Source of the DNA: an uncultured Chloroflexia bacterium
GTDB lineage: Bacteria > Chloroflexota > Limnocylindria > Limnocylindrales > CSP1-4
Assembly: GCA_963844945.1 (NCBI GenBank)
Contig: CAWJQZ010000002.1
Coordinates: 2,123-66,122, forward strand
Reading direction: 5' to 3'
Length of the DNA stretch: 64,000 nucleotides
Shown here: piece after piece, positions 54,242 through 64,000 of the stretch
Layout: every line of letters begins with the position of its first letter
Numbering within the stretch: the first letter of the stretch is position 1
The notes under the pieces: generated by a model
The model's input: only the letters and a program-made list of their open reading frames with translations
Databases searched by the model: none
What the model was told of the DNA's origin: nothing
Translations under genes and position numbers: made by a program

Positions 54242-55123
54242 ATGACGGAGAACGAGACGAAGGGCGCACCCGAGCCGAAGCCGCTCGACGCCGCGGCCGA
54301 GGAGGCCGCCGAGGCCGATCAGGGCCGCGATGCGGTCGAGGCTGGGGCCGGGGAGTCCGCCGCCCGGACCGATGCCATCGAGGAGGCCGGGGACGCCGCC
54401 GAGACCGCGGTCGAGGCCGAGGAGGCCACGCTCGCTTCGCGCGCGTCCGCCGCGGACGATCAGGCCGACGACCAGGCCGCCGCCGCTGCCGAGGAGGCCG
54501 GGGACGCCGACCTCGACGCTGCCGCGGACGAGGAAGAGGCCGACGAAGAGCCCGAAGAGCCCGAAGAGGCGGAGGTCGAGGCGGCCGCCGTCGCGACCGC
54601 GGCCGCTGCCGCCCCTGCCGCCGCCGCGGCTGCGAAGGGCAAGGGCGCGAAGAGCCCCGCGAAGGGCGGCGCTCCCGCCGACGGCGCCCACGGCGCCGCG
54701 AAGCCGGGCGAGACCGGGCTCCACGTGGACGACCGGATCTCCAAGGTCTTCGTGGGCGTCTCCGTGGCCATCTTCGTGGTCATCGCCCTGTACGCGGTCT
54801 TCCTGGGGCACGGCGGCATCCTGACGCCGCTTCCGCCGAAGCCGACCCCCGGTCCGAGCGCCACCATCGCGCCCTCGGTCGCGCCGACATTCACGATCGC
54901 GACGCCGGCCCCGGCGACCGCCGCGCCGAGCGCGAGCCCCGCCCCATCCCAGAGCGTCCGCGCCGTCCGCGAGCCCGGCTCCGGCCTCTCCCTCGCCGTC
55001 CTGACGCCCGCCCCACGCCGGGGGCCGGCGGCCGTCGCGGCCGTCCGGCCTTCTCCTGGCGCGGGCCGTCCACACGCGCCCGGGGTGGCCGCCGGGCGGG
55101 TCCACGGCCTCCCGACGGGCTGA
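54242..55123 (+). CDS. hypothetical acidic low-complexity protein with one TM
   Basis: The N-terminal 130 aa are Asp/Glu/Ala-rich (EEADEEPEEPEEAEVE). One TM at VFVGVSVAIFVVIALYAVFL, then a Pro/Ala/Thr-rich tail. The reading of the C-terminal 60 aa is uncertain. Confidence 0.4.
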   Translation: MTENETKGAPEPKPLDAAAEEAAEADQGRDAVEAGAGESAARTDAIEEAGDAAETAVEAEEATLASRASAADDQADDQAAAAAEEAGDADLDAAADEEEADEEPEEPEEAEVEAAAVATAAAAAPAAAAAAKGKGAKSPAKGGAPADGAHGAAKPGETGLHVDDRISKVFVGVSVAIFVVIALYAVFLGHGGILTPLPPKPTPGPSATIAPSVAPTFTIATPAPATAAPSASPAPSQSVRAVREPGSGLSLAVLTPAPRRGPAAVAAVRPSPGAGRPHAPGVAAGRVHGLPTG

Positions 55124-55181
55124 GCGCGCGCCGCGCGTTCCCTTTCTCCGCGCGTTCGAGCGCCGGTATACTCGCCGGGCC

Positions 55182-56252
55182 ATGACCCACGTCTTCGTCG
55201 CACCCCACCCCGACGACGTCGCCCTCTCCTGCGGCGGGCTCATCGCGAGCCTGCGCGAGCTCGGCCAGAACGTCGCGATCCTCACGGTGTACTCCGGGAA
55301 CGGCGACTCCGGCTCGCTCACGGGCTACCAGCGGGAGGCGCTCGGCTTCGGGAACAAGGCCGTCTGGCCGGCCACCGAGACGTTCAACCGCGCGAACGTC
55401 GGCAACGACTACCCGTCGTCCCAGGAGGGCGAGCCGGCACCGTGGCTGGCGGCCGACGATCGGCTCGCCGCGACGCAGTCGGCCGCGGACGCGAGCGCCC
55501 GCCGCTTCTGGCAGCGCGCCTCGTGGTACCGGCGCGCGGACCTCCACGCCGGCGGTCCGGGACCCGGGCCCGAGGAGGTCCCGCAGCAGGGCGCCGTCCT
55601 CACGGACGAGCTCGTCGCGGCCGGGTTCGCGGGCGACATCATGGCCAACCGCCGGCTCGAGGACGAGCGGTTCGCAGGGTTCGCGGAGGCGAGCGTCGTC
55701 TTCCTGGACCTTCCCGACGCGGTCTTCCGCGGGTACGAGGGCGACGAGCAGCTCCTGGGACCCGCGCGCGCGGACGACCCGCCGCCGGTCGAGATCCTGC
55801 GGACCGAGATCGCCCGGCTGGAGCCGCAGAAGGTGTACGTCCCGCTGGGCGTGGGCGGGCACGTGGACCACTGCCTCGTCCGCGACGCGGCGATCGCGCT
55901 CCTCTCGTCGGGCGCCGAGTGGGCGATGCCCGGTCCCGACTGGGCGGGGAAGATCGTCTTCTACGAGGACTTCCCGTACGCCTACTGGTCCGAGTTCGCG
56001 CGCATCGAGGATCTCGACGGCGGCCTCGCGGGTATCCCCTCCGCGGTGGCGCTGACGCCCGAGTACGCGGACGTGACCCAGGACATCGAGCGCAAGATCC
56101 GCGGCATCGCCATCTACGAGAGCCAGATCGACCGGCTCTTCGGCGGGACGGACGCGATGGCGAGCGCGGTCCGCGGGCAGGCTGCCCGCGTCGCGCGCCT
56201 CGGGGCGATCCCCGGCAGCGCGGAGCGGTACTGGGCGACGAGCCGGCTGTAG
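55182..56252 (+). CDS. PIG-L (LmbE-like) family deacetylase
   Basis: VFVAPHPDDVALSCGG motif at the N-terminus. 356 aa. Confidence 0.75.
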   Translation: MTHVFVAPHPDDVALSCGGLIASLRELGQNVAILTVYSGNGDSGSLTGYQREALGFGNKAVWPATETFNRANVGNDYPSSQEGEPAPWLAADDRLAATQSAADASARRFWQRASWYRRADLHAGGPGPGPEEVPQQGAVLTDELVAAGFAGDIMANRRLEDERFAGFAEASVVFLDLPDAVFRGYEGDEQLLGPARADDPPPVEILRTEIARLEPQKVYVPLGVGGHVDHCLVRDAAIALLSSGAEWAMPGPDWAGKIVFYEDFPYAYWSEFARIEDLDGGLAGIPSAVALTPEYADVTQDIERKIRGIAIYESQIDRLFGGTDAMASAVRGQAARVARLGAIPGSAERYWATSRL

Positions 56253-56301
56253 GAGAGCGGGCCGGCGCGCGGCCCGGGCCTCGGATGCGGGCCGACCCTT
56301 C

Positions 56302-57435
56302 TCAGCCTCGGCCGCGGGCTCGCGCCAGGCGCCGGAACAGCGCCTCATAGCTGGTCACCACCGCGTCCCACGAGTACGTCGCCTCGGCCCGCGCCCGGGC
56401 GGCGCGCCGCAGCGAGTCCAGGTCCGACGCGTGTGGATCGCGGACCACGCGAGTCATGAGGGCCCGGAGATCGGCCGTCCCGTCGAAGAGCAGGCCGGTC
56501 CCCGCGAGGACCTCGGCGTTCTCCGGCGTGCGGTAGGCGAGCACGAGGTTCCCCGCGCCCATGGCCTCCACCAGCGCCGGGTGCGTCCCGCCGACGGAGG
56601 TCGCCTGGATGTACGCGAGGGCACCCCGCTGCAGGTCGCGGTAGCCGTCGCCGTAGATGGCGCCGGTCAGGCGGACCCTGGGGTCGGACGCGGCGAGCTC
56701 GCGGACCCGCGCCTTGTACGCGTCGGCATGCGGGGCGTCGCCGACGATCAGCAGAGGCAGGTCGCCGGGCACCGCGCGATACGCCTCGACGACGAGGTGG
56801 GCCTGGTTCTCCGGCTCGAGACGGCTCACGTAGAGGAAGTACCGCCCCGGCTCGACATCGGTCAGTCCGTGGCGGGCCAGGTCCGGTGCCGGCTCGCGCT
56901 CCAGGATCGGCGCCCCGTATGCGATGAGCGTGGAGCGCTTGCCGTAGCGCTCGCGGTAGTAGTCCGCGATGACCCGGGCGTCCGCGACGATGACGTCCGG
57001 GTAGACGAGGGCGAGCCTCTCGCCGACCGCATACCAGGTCCGCCCGACGAGCCCCCACTTGGCGCGCTGGCGCTCGATCCCGTCGACGTTCAGCGCGACG
57101 GGGATCCCCCGCAGGCGCGGGAGGCCCGCGAAGACCGCGTTCGCGGCGTTGAGGAGGAGGATCCCGTCGTACCCGCGGACGAGCGCGTCGAGCGTGCTCA
57201 GGCCCGCATGGCTCACCGTCGCCGGGTACTTGCCCGGGAGGTACGGGAGGAAGCGGCGACGCACCCCGGGCGGGCACGCGAGCGTCTCGTCGGTCCAGCC
57301 GCGCCGGCAGTAGACGGTGACCTCGTGGCCGCGCGCGGCGAGACGTCCGGACAGCTCCCAGGCGAGCGTCTCGAAGCCACCGTATGCGGGCGGGATGCCG
57401 CGGCTGCCGAGGATGGCGATGCGCACGTCGGTCAT
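56302..57435 (-). CDS. glycosyltransferase (DUF1972 N-domain + GT1/GT4 C-domain)
   Basis: MTDVRIAILGSRGIPPAYGGFETLAWEL is the DUF1972 signature as I recall it. The C-terminus is GT4-like (GGTHPALVEAMGAGN). An alternative GTG start is at 57447. Confidence 0.75.
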   Translation of the reverse strand: MTDVRIAILGSRGIPPAYGGFETLAWELSGRLAARGHEVTVYCRRGWTDETLACPPGVRRRFLPYLPGKYPATVSHAGLSTLDALVRGYDGILLLNAANAVFAGLPRLRGIPVALNVDGIERQRAKWGLVGRTWYAVGERLALVYPDVIVADARVIADYYRERYGKRSTLIAYGAPILEREPAPDLARHGLTDVEPGRYFLYVSRLEPENQAHLVVEAYRAVPGDLPLLIVGDAPHADAYKARVRELAASDPRVRLTGAIYGDGYRDLQRGALAYIQATSVGGTHPALVEAMGAGNLVLAYRTPENAEVLAGTGLLFDGTADLRALMTRVVRDPHASDLDSLRRAARARAEATYSWDAVVTSYEALFRRLARARGRG

Positions 57436-57485
57436 CCTCGCACACACCCTGTAGGCTGTTCGCCGATGGGGTCACGGGAGGGCCG

Positions 57486-58561
57486 GTGAGGATCGCGTAT
57501 CTCGCATTCTTCCGGGGCGGTCGCGAGACCGGGATCCACCGGAAGGTGGCCGAACACGCGGTCGAGTGGGCGCGGCGCGGCGAGACCGTGGGGCTGTTCA
57601 TCGGGACGGGGCGGGCGGCGCTCGACGACTGGCGGACGCTGCCGGGCGCCGCGGCCGTCGTGGAGCTCCCACGGCAGCCCGTGGCGACGCTGCGAGCGCG
57701 CGAGACGCTGGCGCGCGACCTCCGTCGGTGGCGCCCGGACGTCGTCTATGCACGGCACGGGCTGGCGTACCCGGGGCTCGTCTGGACCGCGCGGCGGTTC
57801 CCCATGGTGATCGAGGTCAACGCCGACGACGTCGCCGAGTTCGGCGCGACGTCGCGCGCGCGCAGCGCTCTCAGCCGGACCACGCGCGACGCGCTGCTCC
57901 GGTCCGCATCCGGCCTGGTCTTCGTCACCGGAGAGCTCGCTCGCTCCGCCCGGTTCCGGTCCGGTCCCGGGCGTCGGGTCGTGGTCGCGAACGGCATCCG
58001 CCTCGCGGACCACCCGCCCCTCCCGGCCCCGGCGAACGCGCGGCCGCGCCTGGTGTTCATCGGCCATCCGGGGTCGCCGTGGCACGGCGTGGACCACGTC
58101 GCGGAGATCGCCGCCGCGGAGCCCGGATGGGACGTGGACGTCATCGGGCCGGGGGCCGGCGAGCTGCCGGACGCTCCCCCGGACAACCTCCGGGCGCACG
58201 GGACGCTGACGCCGGATGCGTACCTTCCGATCCTCGCGGGCGCGGACGTGGCGATCGGAACGCTCGCCCTGTACCGCAAGGGGATGGAGGAGGCGTCGCC
58301 GCTCAAGGTGCGCGAGTACCTCGCCCGCGGCATCCCGACGATCATCGGCTACCGGGACACCGACTTCCCCGAGCCGAGCCCATTCCTCCTGGGGATCCCC
58401 AACGCGCCCGGCGGCGCGCAGGTCGTCGATGGCGGAGATCCGGGCCTTCGTGGCCGGCTCCGTGGGGACCCGCGTGCCGCCGGCCGCCGTGGCGCACCTC
58501 GACGTCGGCGTCGAAGGAGGCGACACGCCTCCGGTTCCTCCACGAGATCGCCGGCCGATGA
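57486..58561 (+). pseudogene. glycosyltransferase (GT4-like), two frameshifts near the 3' end
   Basis: GGGAGG then GTG 57486 (VRIAYLAFFRGG...). The frame is lost after ...LLGIPNAPGG (~58425-58435), continues as EIRAFVAGSVGTRVPPAAVAHLDVGV in a second frame, and ends KEATRLRFLHEIAGR* in a third (~58510-58520). The stop overlaps the next ATG. Confidence 0.6.
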
Positions 58562-59550
58562 CGGCCGACCGGCCGGCCCTCCCGGTCTCCGTCCTCATGG
58601 TCACCTGGCACTCCGCGCAGGTGCTGCCCGCGAGCCTCGCGGCGCTCGCCGCCTCCGACCCGCCGCCGGCCGAGCTCGTGGTCGTGGACAACGCGTCGGC
58701 GGACGACAGCGCGGGGATCGTCGAGCGCTATGCGGCCGGGGCGCCGTTCCCGGTGCGGCTCATCCGTGCCGGCCGCAACACCGGGTTCGCCGCGGGGATG
58801 AACCGGGCGATCGACGCGGCGTCCGCTCCCTTCGTCTTCCTCCACAACCCCGACCTGCGCGTCCTGCCGAGGACGCTCGACGTCCTGTGCCGTCGCCTCG
58901 CCGAGGCGGATGCCGGCGTCTACGCCGTGGGTCCCAAGCTGTACCGCGCTGCCGGGACGGCGCCCACGACGACGCTCGATTCGACCGGCATCGTGATGAC
59001 CCGCGACGGCCGCCACCTCGACCGGGGCGCGGACGAGCCCGACGACGGCCGATACGACCGCGCGGAGGAGGTGTTCGGGCTGACCGGAGCCGCCGTCCTG
59101 ATGCGGCGTGATGCGCTCGATGCGGCCCGTGTCGAGGGACAGGTGTTCGACGAGGACTTCTTCGCCTATCGCGAGGATGCCGACCTCGCGTGGCGGATGC
59201 GCGGGTTCGGCTATCGGGCCCTGTACGAACCTGCGGCGATCGCCTACCACGAGCGGCGCGTGACCCCGGACAGGCGCCGTCAGCTCCCCGCCCTGGTCAA
59301 CGCCCACTCCGTGAAGAACCGGTTCCTCCTCCGCATCCACCACGCGGACGCCGGCTGGCTGCTGCACTTCGGCGGCCGGAGCGCTGCCCGGGATATCGTG
59401 GTGATCGGCGCATGCCTCACGGTGGAGCGATCCAGCCTCCCGGCCGTCCGATGGGTGCTGCGGAACTCCCGGCGGCACCTCGCGCGCCGGCGGGAGATCC
59501 TCCGGCGGAGGACGGTCTCGAGCGCGGAGCTGCGAGCGTGGTTCCGGTGA
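58558..59550 (+). CDS. glycosyltransferase family 2
   Basis: ATGA-coupled. VSVLMVTWHS...VVVDNASADDS...NTGFAAGMN and FFAYREDADLAWR motifs. Confidence 0.8.
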   Translation: MTADRPALPVSVLMVTWHSAQVLPASLAALAASDPPPAELVVVDNASADDSAGIVERYAAGAPFPVRLIRAGRNTGFAAGMNRAIDAASAPFVFLHNPDLRVLPRTLDVLCRRLAEADAGVYAVGPKLYRAAGTAPTTTLDSTGIVMTRDGRHLDRGADEPDDGRYDRAEEVFGLTGAAVLMRRDALDAARVEGQVFDEDFFAYREDADLAWRMRGFGYRALYEPAAIAYHERRVTPDRRRQLPALVNAHSVKNRFLLRIHHADAGWLLHFGGRSAARDIVVIGACLTVERSSLPAVRWVLRNSRRHLARRREILRRRTVSSAELRAWFR

Positions 59551-59613
59551 GGACGGCCGTGATCCCGGCACGGACCGTGATCCGCGCTGCGTGCTCCGGG
59601 GAGCGGAGCGCGC

Positions 59614-61009
59614 ATGACCGGCTCGGCGACCTCGAGCCCGGACCGGGACGCCGTGGACGAGGTCGGGGGCGGGCTCGACGGGTCGCTCGTACGCAGCGGG
59701 ACCCACACGCTCGCGATCTCCGTCCTCGCGGTCGCCATCGGACTCGCCATGAGCGTGGTGGTGGCACGCGGCGCCGGACCGGAGGGCAAAGGCGGCTACG
59801 ACCTGATGCTCGCGACGACCGGCCTGCTCGTCATCGTCTTCGGGCTGTCGCTGCCGGGCGGGATCACGTACGGCGTCGCGACGACGGGCATCGTCTCGGC
59901 GCGCCTCGTGATCGCCTGCGGCGGCATCGCCCTCGTCCAGGGGATCGCGGCCGCCGCGACGATCGCCGTCATCCTGCGGACCCCGTACGCCAGCGCCTTC
60001 GTCCCGCCGGCCGTCGGAGGGGCGGCCGCCGTGTCCATCGGCATCCTCACCGGGTCGCTGCTGATGGCCGCCTACCTTCGTGCGATCCTCCTCGGGAGGC
60101 GACGGATCGCCGCCGCCAACTGGACCGACCTCGTCTCACGGCTGCTCGCGCTCGGGGCCGTCGTCCTTGGCGCAGCGGCCATCGTGCGCGGTGCCGTCGA
60201 TCCGTCGTCGTCGTCGATCCTGCTCGTGTGGTGTGCGGTGGGGGCCACCGTCGCGACGGTCATCCTGTCGGCCGCGGTGGTGCGTCCTGACGTGGACCGC
60301 CGCGGCCTGATGCACGTCCGGCCGATCGCGGGGTTCGCCGCACCGTCGTACCTGGCGAACCTCGCGCAGTTCCTCAACTACCGCCTCGACCTCTTCTTCG
60401 TCGGCTTCTTCCTTGGCGCTGCGCCCGTCGGCCTGTACGCCCTGTCCTCGACACTCGCGCAGCTCATCTGGCTGCTGGGGACGTCCGCGGCGACCCCCCT
60501 GCTGCCCCACATCGCGACGGCGCCGCACGACACCGCCGCGAACGCCCGCGACGCCGCCCACCTGACGAGGATCGTCGCAGGCGCGAGCGCCGCGGCGGCC
60601 GCGGTGATGGCCCTGACGGCGGGCGTGCTGGTGCCACTGGTGTACGGATCCGACTTCGCGGGCTCGGTCGGGCCGCTCCTGCTGCTGCTGCCGGGGATCG
60701 TCGCGCTGTCGCCCGCGAAGGTGCTGGCCGGCTATCTCGCCGGCGCGGGGCACGCACGACTCAACCTGATCGCCTCGGCTGCAGGCCTTCCGGTCACGAT
60801 CTGCCTCGATCTCGCGCTCATCCCGACCTGGGGGATCGCTGGCGCCGCGATCGCGAGCACGGCCGCCTACATCGCTGAGCGCCGTGCTGACCTTCGTCCT
60901 CTACCGCAGGATCACGGGGGCGGGGCTCACGTCGCTCATCGTGCCGACGCTCGATGACGTGCGCGCGATCCGGACGTCGCTCCGCGCGTCGAGGAACCGA
61001 TCGTCGTGA
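59614..61009 (+). pseudogene. polysaccharide flippase (Wzx/MOP family), frameshift near the 3' end
   Basis: Polytopic, about 12-14 TM. The last helix AAIASTAAYIA|AVLTFVLYRRITG continues in another frame after ~60876-60881. The corrected stop TGA 61007-61009 overlaps the next GTG. Confidence 0.6.
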
Positions 61010-62198
61010 CCAGGCCGCGTGTCCTCCTCGTGACCCTCTGGTACCCGACCGAGCGACGATCCCGTGTCCCGGCACGTTCGTCGAGGCCCAGGCGCGCGCT
61101 CTGTCCCGGGTGTGTGATGTCGCGGTCATCGCACCCGAGATCCGCGGCCCGCGCGACCTCATGCGCCGGGGGCGTGGACCCGACCTTCAAGTGGAGGAGC
61201 GAGGCGGGATCCCGGTGTTCCGCCCTCGCGTGAGCGTGCTGGTCCCGCGTTCGATCCACTGGGCGCAGGCGGCCGCCAGCTTCCGCGCCGCGGTCGCTCA
61301 CGGCTACGGCGCAGCCTCCCGGTCATTGGGCGCGCCGGACCTCATCCATGCGCACGTCGCCTTCCCGGCGGGGTGGGCGGCCGTGCCATTGGCCCGCCGG
61401 GAGCGGATCCCGCTCGTCGTCACGGAGCATTCGTCGAGCGTGGCGATGCCGCTTCGACACGGCTACGAGCGTCGTCGAGTCCGCGAGACCCTCGAGTGCG
61501 CAGACCGCGTGATCGCAGTCGGCCCAGGGCTGCAGGCACGCCTCCACGCGATCGCACCGAGCGTGACGATCGAGGTGGTCGGCAATGTCGTGGACACCGA
61601 GTACTTCACGCCGGACCCGACACCTGCCGGGGACACCCTGGATGCGCCCGTGACCAGACCGTTCCGGATCGCCTCGATCGGCACGGGGAGCGTGAAGGGT
61701 GTCCTGGACCTGATCGCCGCGGTCGACAGGCTCCGCGACCTGCCGATCGAGGTCGTGGTCGGGGGAGCGAGTGCCGAGCTCGACTCGCTCAGGGAGGCGG
61801 CATCGAGTGTCGCGCCGCCGGCGAGCATCCGGTTCCTTGGCCGACTTGACCGAGCCGGGGTCCGGCAGTGGCTGCGATGGTGCGACGTGTATGTCCAGGC
61901 GAGCCGCGAGGAGACCTTCGGCATCGCGATCGCCGAGGCGATGTCGGTCGGCAAGGGCGTCATCGTGACGCGCAGCGGCGGCCCGGAAGCCTTCGTCTCA
62001 CCCTCGACCGGCCTCCTGGTCGAGCCGGGCGACAGGGACGCGCTCGCGGCGGCGATCTCCGAGGTCGCTGGTGGGCGTACCGTCCTCGATGGCGCAGCCG
62101 CTCGCGAGGTCATCGTCGATCGATTCGGCGTTGGTTCGTTCCTGGCCGCGCTCACCCGGATCTACGACGACGTCCTCCGATCGTCCCGGCGAGGGTGA
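61006..62198 (+). pseudogene. glycosyltransferase family 4, frameshift near the 5' end
   Basis: MTRPRVLLVTLWYPTE... (frame of 61006) continues as PGTFVEAQARALSRVCDVAVIAPE... in the frame of ORF 60954..62198. One nt is missing at ~61068-61072. The C-terminus has the EETFGIAIAEAM GT4 motif. Confidence 0.65.
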
Positions 62199-62202
62199 GA
62201 GG

Positions 62203-63153
62203 GTGCGCGAGATCGACCCGGGCCAGGTCGATGGCGAGAGGGAGGGGCGGACGGCCTTGCGATACATCCCGCAGGACTACTGGCGAGCGCTCCACGCCCG
62301 GCATGACATCTCGGCCGTCGGGCAGTCGACGCTCCCTCCAGAGATCAACGGCTGGCTCTACCGGACGCTGGCGCGCAACTACGGGCGTTTCGCACGACAG
62401 CACGGCCTGACCCGCCCGGCTCCGGCCCGCGTGTACGACGTGGGGGCGGGAACCGGCTTCTGGGTCGCCTGGTGGCTGCGCCGTGGCGCTCGGCAGGTGG
62501 ACGGCTGCGACCTGGTGCCTGAGGCGGTCCAGCGGCTCGAGCAGCGCTTCGACGGACGGCCGGTCCGGATCGCGGTCGCGGACGTGAGCGACCCAGCCGG
62601 GCTCGGAACGGCCACGTACGACCTCGTGAGCTGCCAGAACGTGCTGCTTCACGTCACGGATGACCAGGCGTTCGCGCGTGCGCTGTCGAACGTCGCCCGA
62701 CTCGTGGCTCCCGGCGGGCTCCTTCTCCTGACGGAGCCGATCCTCCGTTACCCGGCCTACGAACGGCCGTACACCGCTGACCTGTGGTCGCGCGCCCGAC
62801 CGCTCGACGGCTATGCGGCGCCATTGGCGGCGGCAGGGCTGGAGCTCGTCGCCCTCCGCGCGGCCACGGTCCTCGGGAACAACCCGATCGAATCGAAGTC
62901 CCCGTGGACGTTCCGATCCCTCACGCTGTGGTGGCGGGTCGTCGTCAAGTGCTCTCGCGTCTGGCCGGGCAGCGCAGGGATCCTCGGGCGGCTCATCTAC
63001 GTGCTCGACCCGATCGCGCTTCGGACAGGCGCCATGCCCACCTCGAAGTTCGCGCTGTTCCGGCGTCCGGCGGACGCGAGCCCGGACGGCCGACCCGCGT
63101 CCGACCTCGACGTCAGCGCCCCTCCAGGGCGGCGGGGATCGTCCGGAGCATGA
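62203..63153 (+). CDS. class I SAM-dependent methyltransferase
   Basis: GTG 62203 lies 5 nt after the previous stop. Motif I VYDVGAGTGFW, post-I DGCDLVPEAV. Confidence 0.7.
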   Translation: MREIDPGQVDGEREGRTALRYIPQDYWRALHARHDISAVGQSTLPPEINGWLYRTLARNYGRFARQHGLTRPAPARVYDVGAGTGFWVAWWLRRGARQVDGCDLVPEAVQRLEQRFDGRPVRIAVADVSDPAGLGTATYDLVSCQNVLLHVTDDQAFARALSNVARLVAPGGLLLLTEPILRYPAYERPYTADLWSRARPLDGYAAPLAAAGLELVALRAATVLGNNPIESKSPWTFRSLTLWWRVVVKCSRVWPGSAGILGRLIYVLDPIALRTGAMPTSKFALFRRPADASPDGRPASDLDVSAPPGRRGSSGA

Positions 63154-64000
63154 TCTGCAGGTCGAGCCAGAGCGACCAGCGGTCGATGTACTCCAGGTCC
63201 GCCGCCACCCACCGGTCGAAGTCGGGGTCGCGCCGCGACCGGACCTGCCAGAGCCCGGTGATGCCCGGCTTCATGCTCAGCCGGCGGCGGTGCCACAGGT
63301 CGTAGCCGGCGACCTCGTCCGGGAGGGGCGGCCGGGGGCCCACCAGGCTCATCTCGCCGCGCAGGACGTTCCAGAGCTGCGGCAGCTCGTCCAGGCTGGT
63401 CCGCCGCAGGAAGCGGCCGGAGCGCGTCACGCGCGGATCGTCGGTCACCTTGAACGCCCGCCCCTCGATCTCGTTGCGCGCGGCCAGCTCGGCCCGACGG
63501 GACTCCGCGTCGCGGATCATGGTGCGGAACTTCACCACGTTGAACGACCGGCCCTGCAGCCCGACGCGACGCTGCCGGAACAGGACGGGCGCACCGTCGT
63601 CGGCGCGGATGACGATCGCGATCGCAAGGAAGAGCGGCGCGAGCACGACGAGCCCGACGGCCGACACGACGAGGTCGACCAGTCGCTTGGCGGCGAGGGC
63701 GAGCTCCCGGTCGGGGCCGGACACGAGCGAGAACACCGGCGTGCCGTCGAGGTCCTCCACCCTGCCGGACGCGATCGCGTGGTCGAGCGCGTCGATCGGG
63801 ATCCGGACGATCTTCCCCTCCTCCTCGCAGAGGTGGGCGAGGGCGTCGATGCGCTTCCACTGCGAGAACGGCAGGCAGATCGCGACCTCGTCGACGACGC
63901 GCGAATGGAGGACGTCCGGGAGATCCTCCACGGGCCCGATGAGCGGCCAGCGATCGGGCGGGTCGACCTCGTCAGCGGCATCGAGGAAGCCGATCACGCG
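63113..64000 (-). CDS. exopolysaccharide priming sugar transferase (bacterial sugar transferase family), N-terminus outside window
   Basis: C-terminal catalytic domain: FRQRRVGLQGRSFNVVKFRTM, SLDELPQLWNVLRGEMSLVGPRP, PGITGLWQV. The frame is open to the window end. Confidence 0.85.
   Translation of the reverse strand, partial: RVIGFLDAADEVDPPDRWPLIGPVEDLPDVLHSRVVDEVAICLPFSQWKRIDALAHLCEEEGKIVRIPIDALDHAIASGRVEDLDGTPVFSLVSGPDRELALAAKRLVDLVVSAVGLVVLAPLFLAIAIVIRADDGAPVLFRQRRVGLQGRSFNVVKFRTMIRDAESRRAELAARNEIEGRAFKVTDDPRVTRSGRFLRRTSLDELPQLWNVLRGEMSLVGPRPPLPDEVAGYDLWHRRRLSMKPGITGLWQVRSRRDPDFDRWVAADLEYIDRWSLWLDLQIMLRTIPAALEGR

Noticed and set aside
50670-54245. 1191-aa ORF starting at the HD-GYP start codon.
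   Set aside because: Only its first ~128 codons (the TM region) look real. After ~51055 it turns into Arg/Gly/Pro-rich read-through, while the HD-GYP and MFS sequences lie in other frames.

Overview
64-kb high-GC chromosomal segment: about 70-72% GC in hand-counted lines, with a 48-62% trough at ~48.3-51.4 kb. It looks actinobacterial or Gram-positive-like (GAAC-N4-GTTC SOS boxes, many GTG starts, ATGA/GTGA-coupled operons). All identifications come from reading the translations and motifs; no searches were run. I can support about 60 protein genes and saw no rRNA, tRNA, CRISPR array, transposase or integrase.

Gene content:
- An FtcD-type histidine-utilisation set (hutI, ftcD, hutU, hutH), plus a distant FNT-fhs-folD-cyclodeaminase C1 operon.
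- Two tandem MFS_3 transporters.
- A five-member family of secreted collagen-like proteins. One copy lies at 13 kb and four in tandem at 19.7-22.7 kb. They share an N-terminal module, carry swapped C-terminal heads, and each has a shared palindromic leader/operator.
- An ABC importer + phosphotriesterase-like + IGPD-like + SDR cassette.
- A translationally coupled HisD-like / FMN alpha-hydroxy-acid oxidase / HisC-like trio.
- SOS elements: an autoregulated lexA, dinB, and an orphan 91-aa ORF behind a double LexA box.
- rplI, dnaB and a dodecin.
- A 1160-aa MalT-like NTPase ending in a SARP (wHTH+BTAD) module.
- An AT-rich structured spacer with two small ORFs.
- A membrane HD-GYP protein followed by a DUF5317-MFS fusion.
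- A polysaccharide locus: PIG-L deacetylase, four glycosyltransferases, a Wzx-like flippase, a methyltransferase and a priming sugar transferase.

A pervasive feature is single-nucleotide frame disruption: at least 15 events in 10 recognisable genes. I cannot tell whether these are assembly indels or real decay. The many long Arg/Pro/Gly-rich ORFs in the six-frame track are GC artefacts and are not reported.
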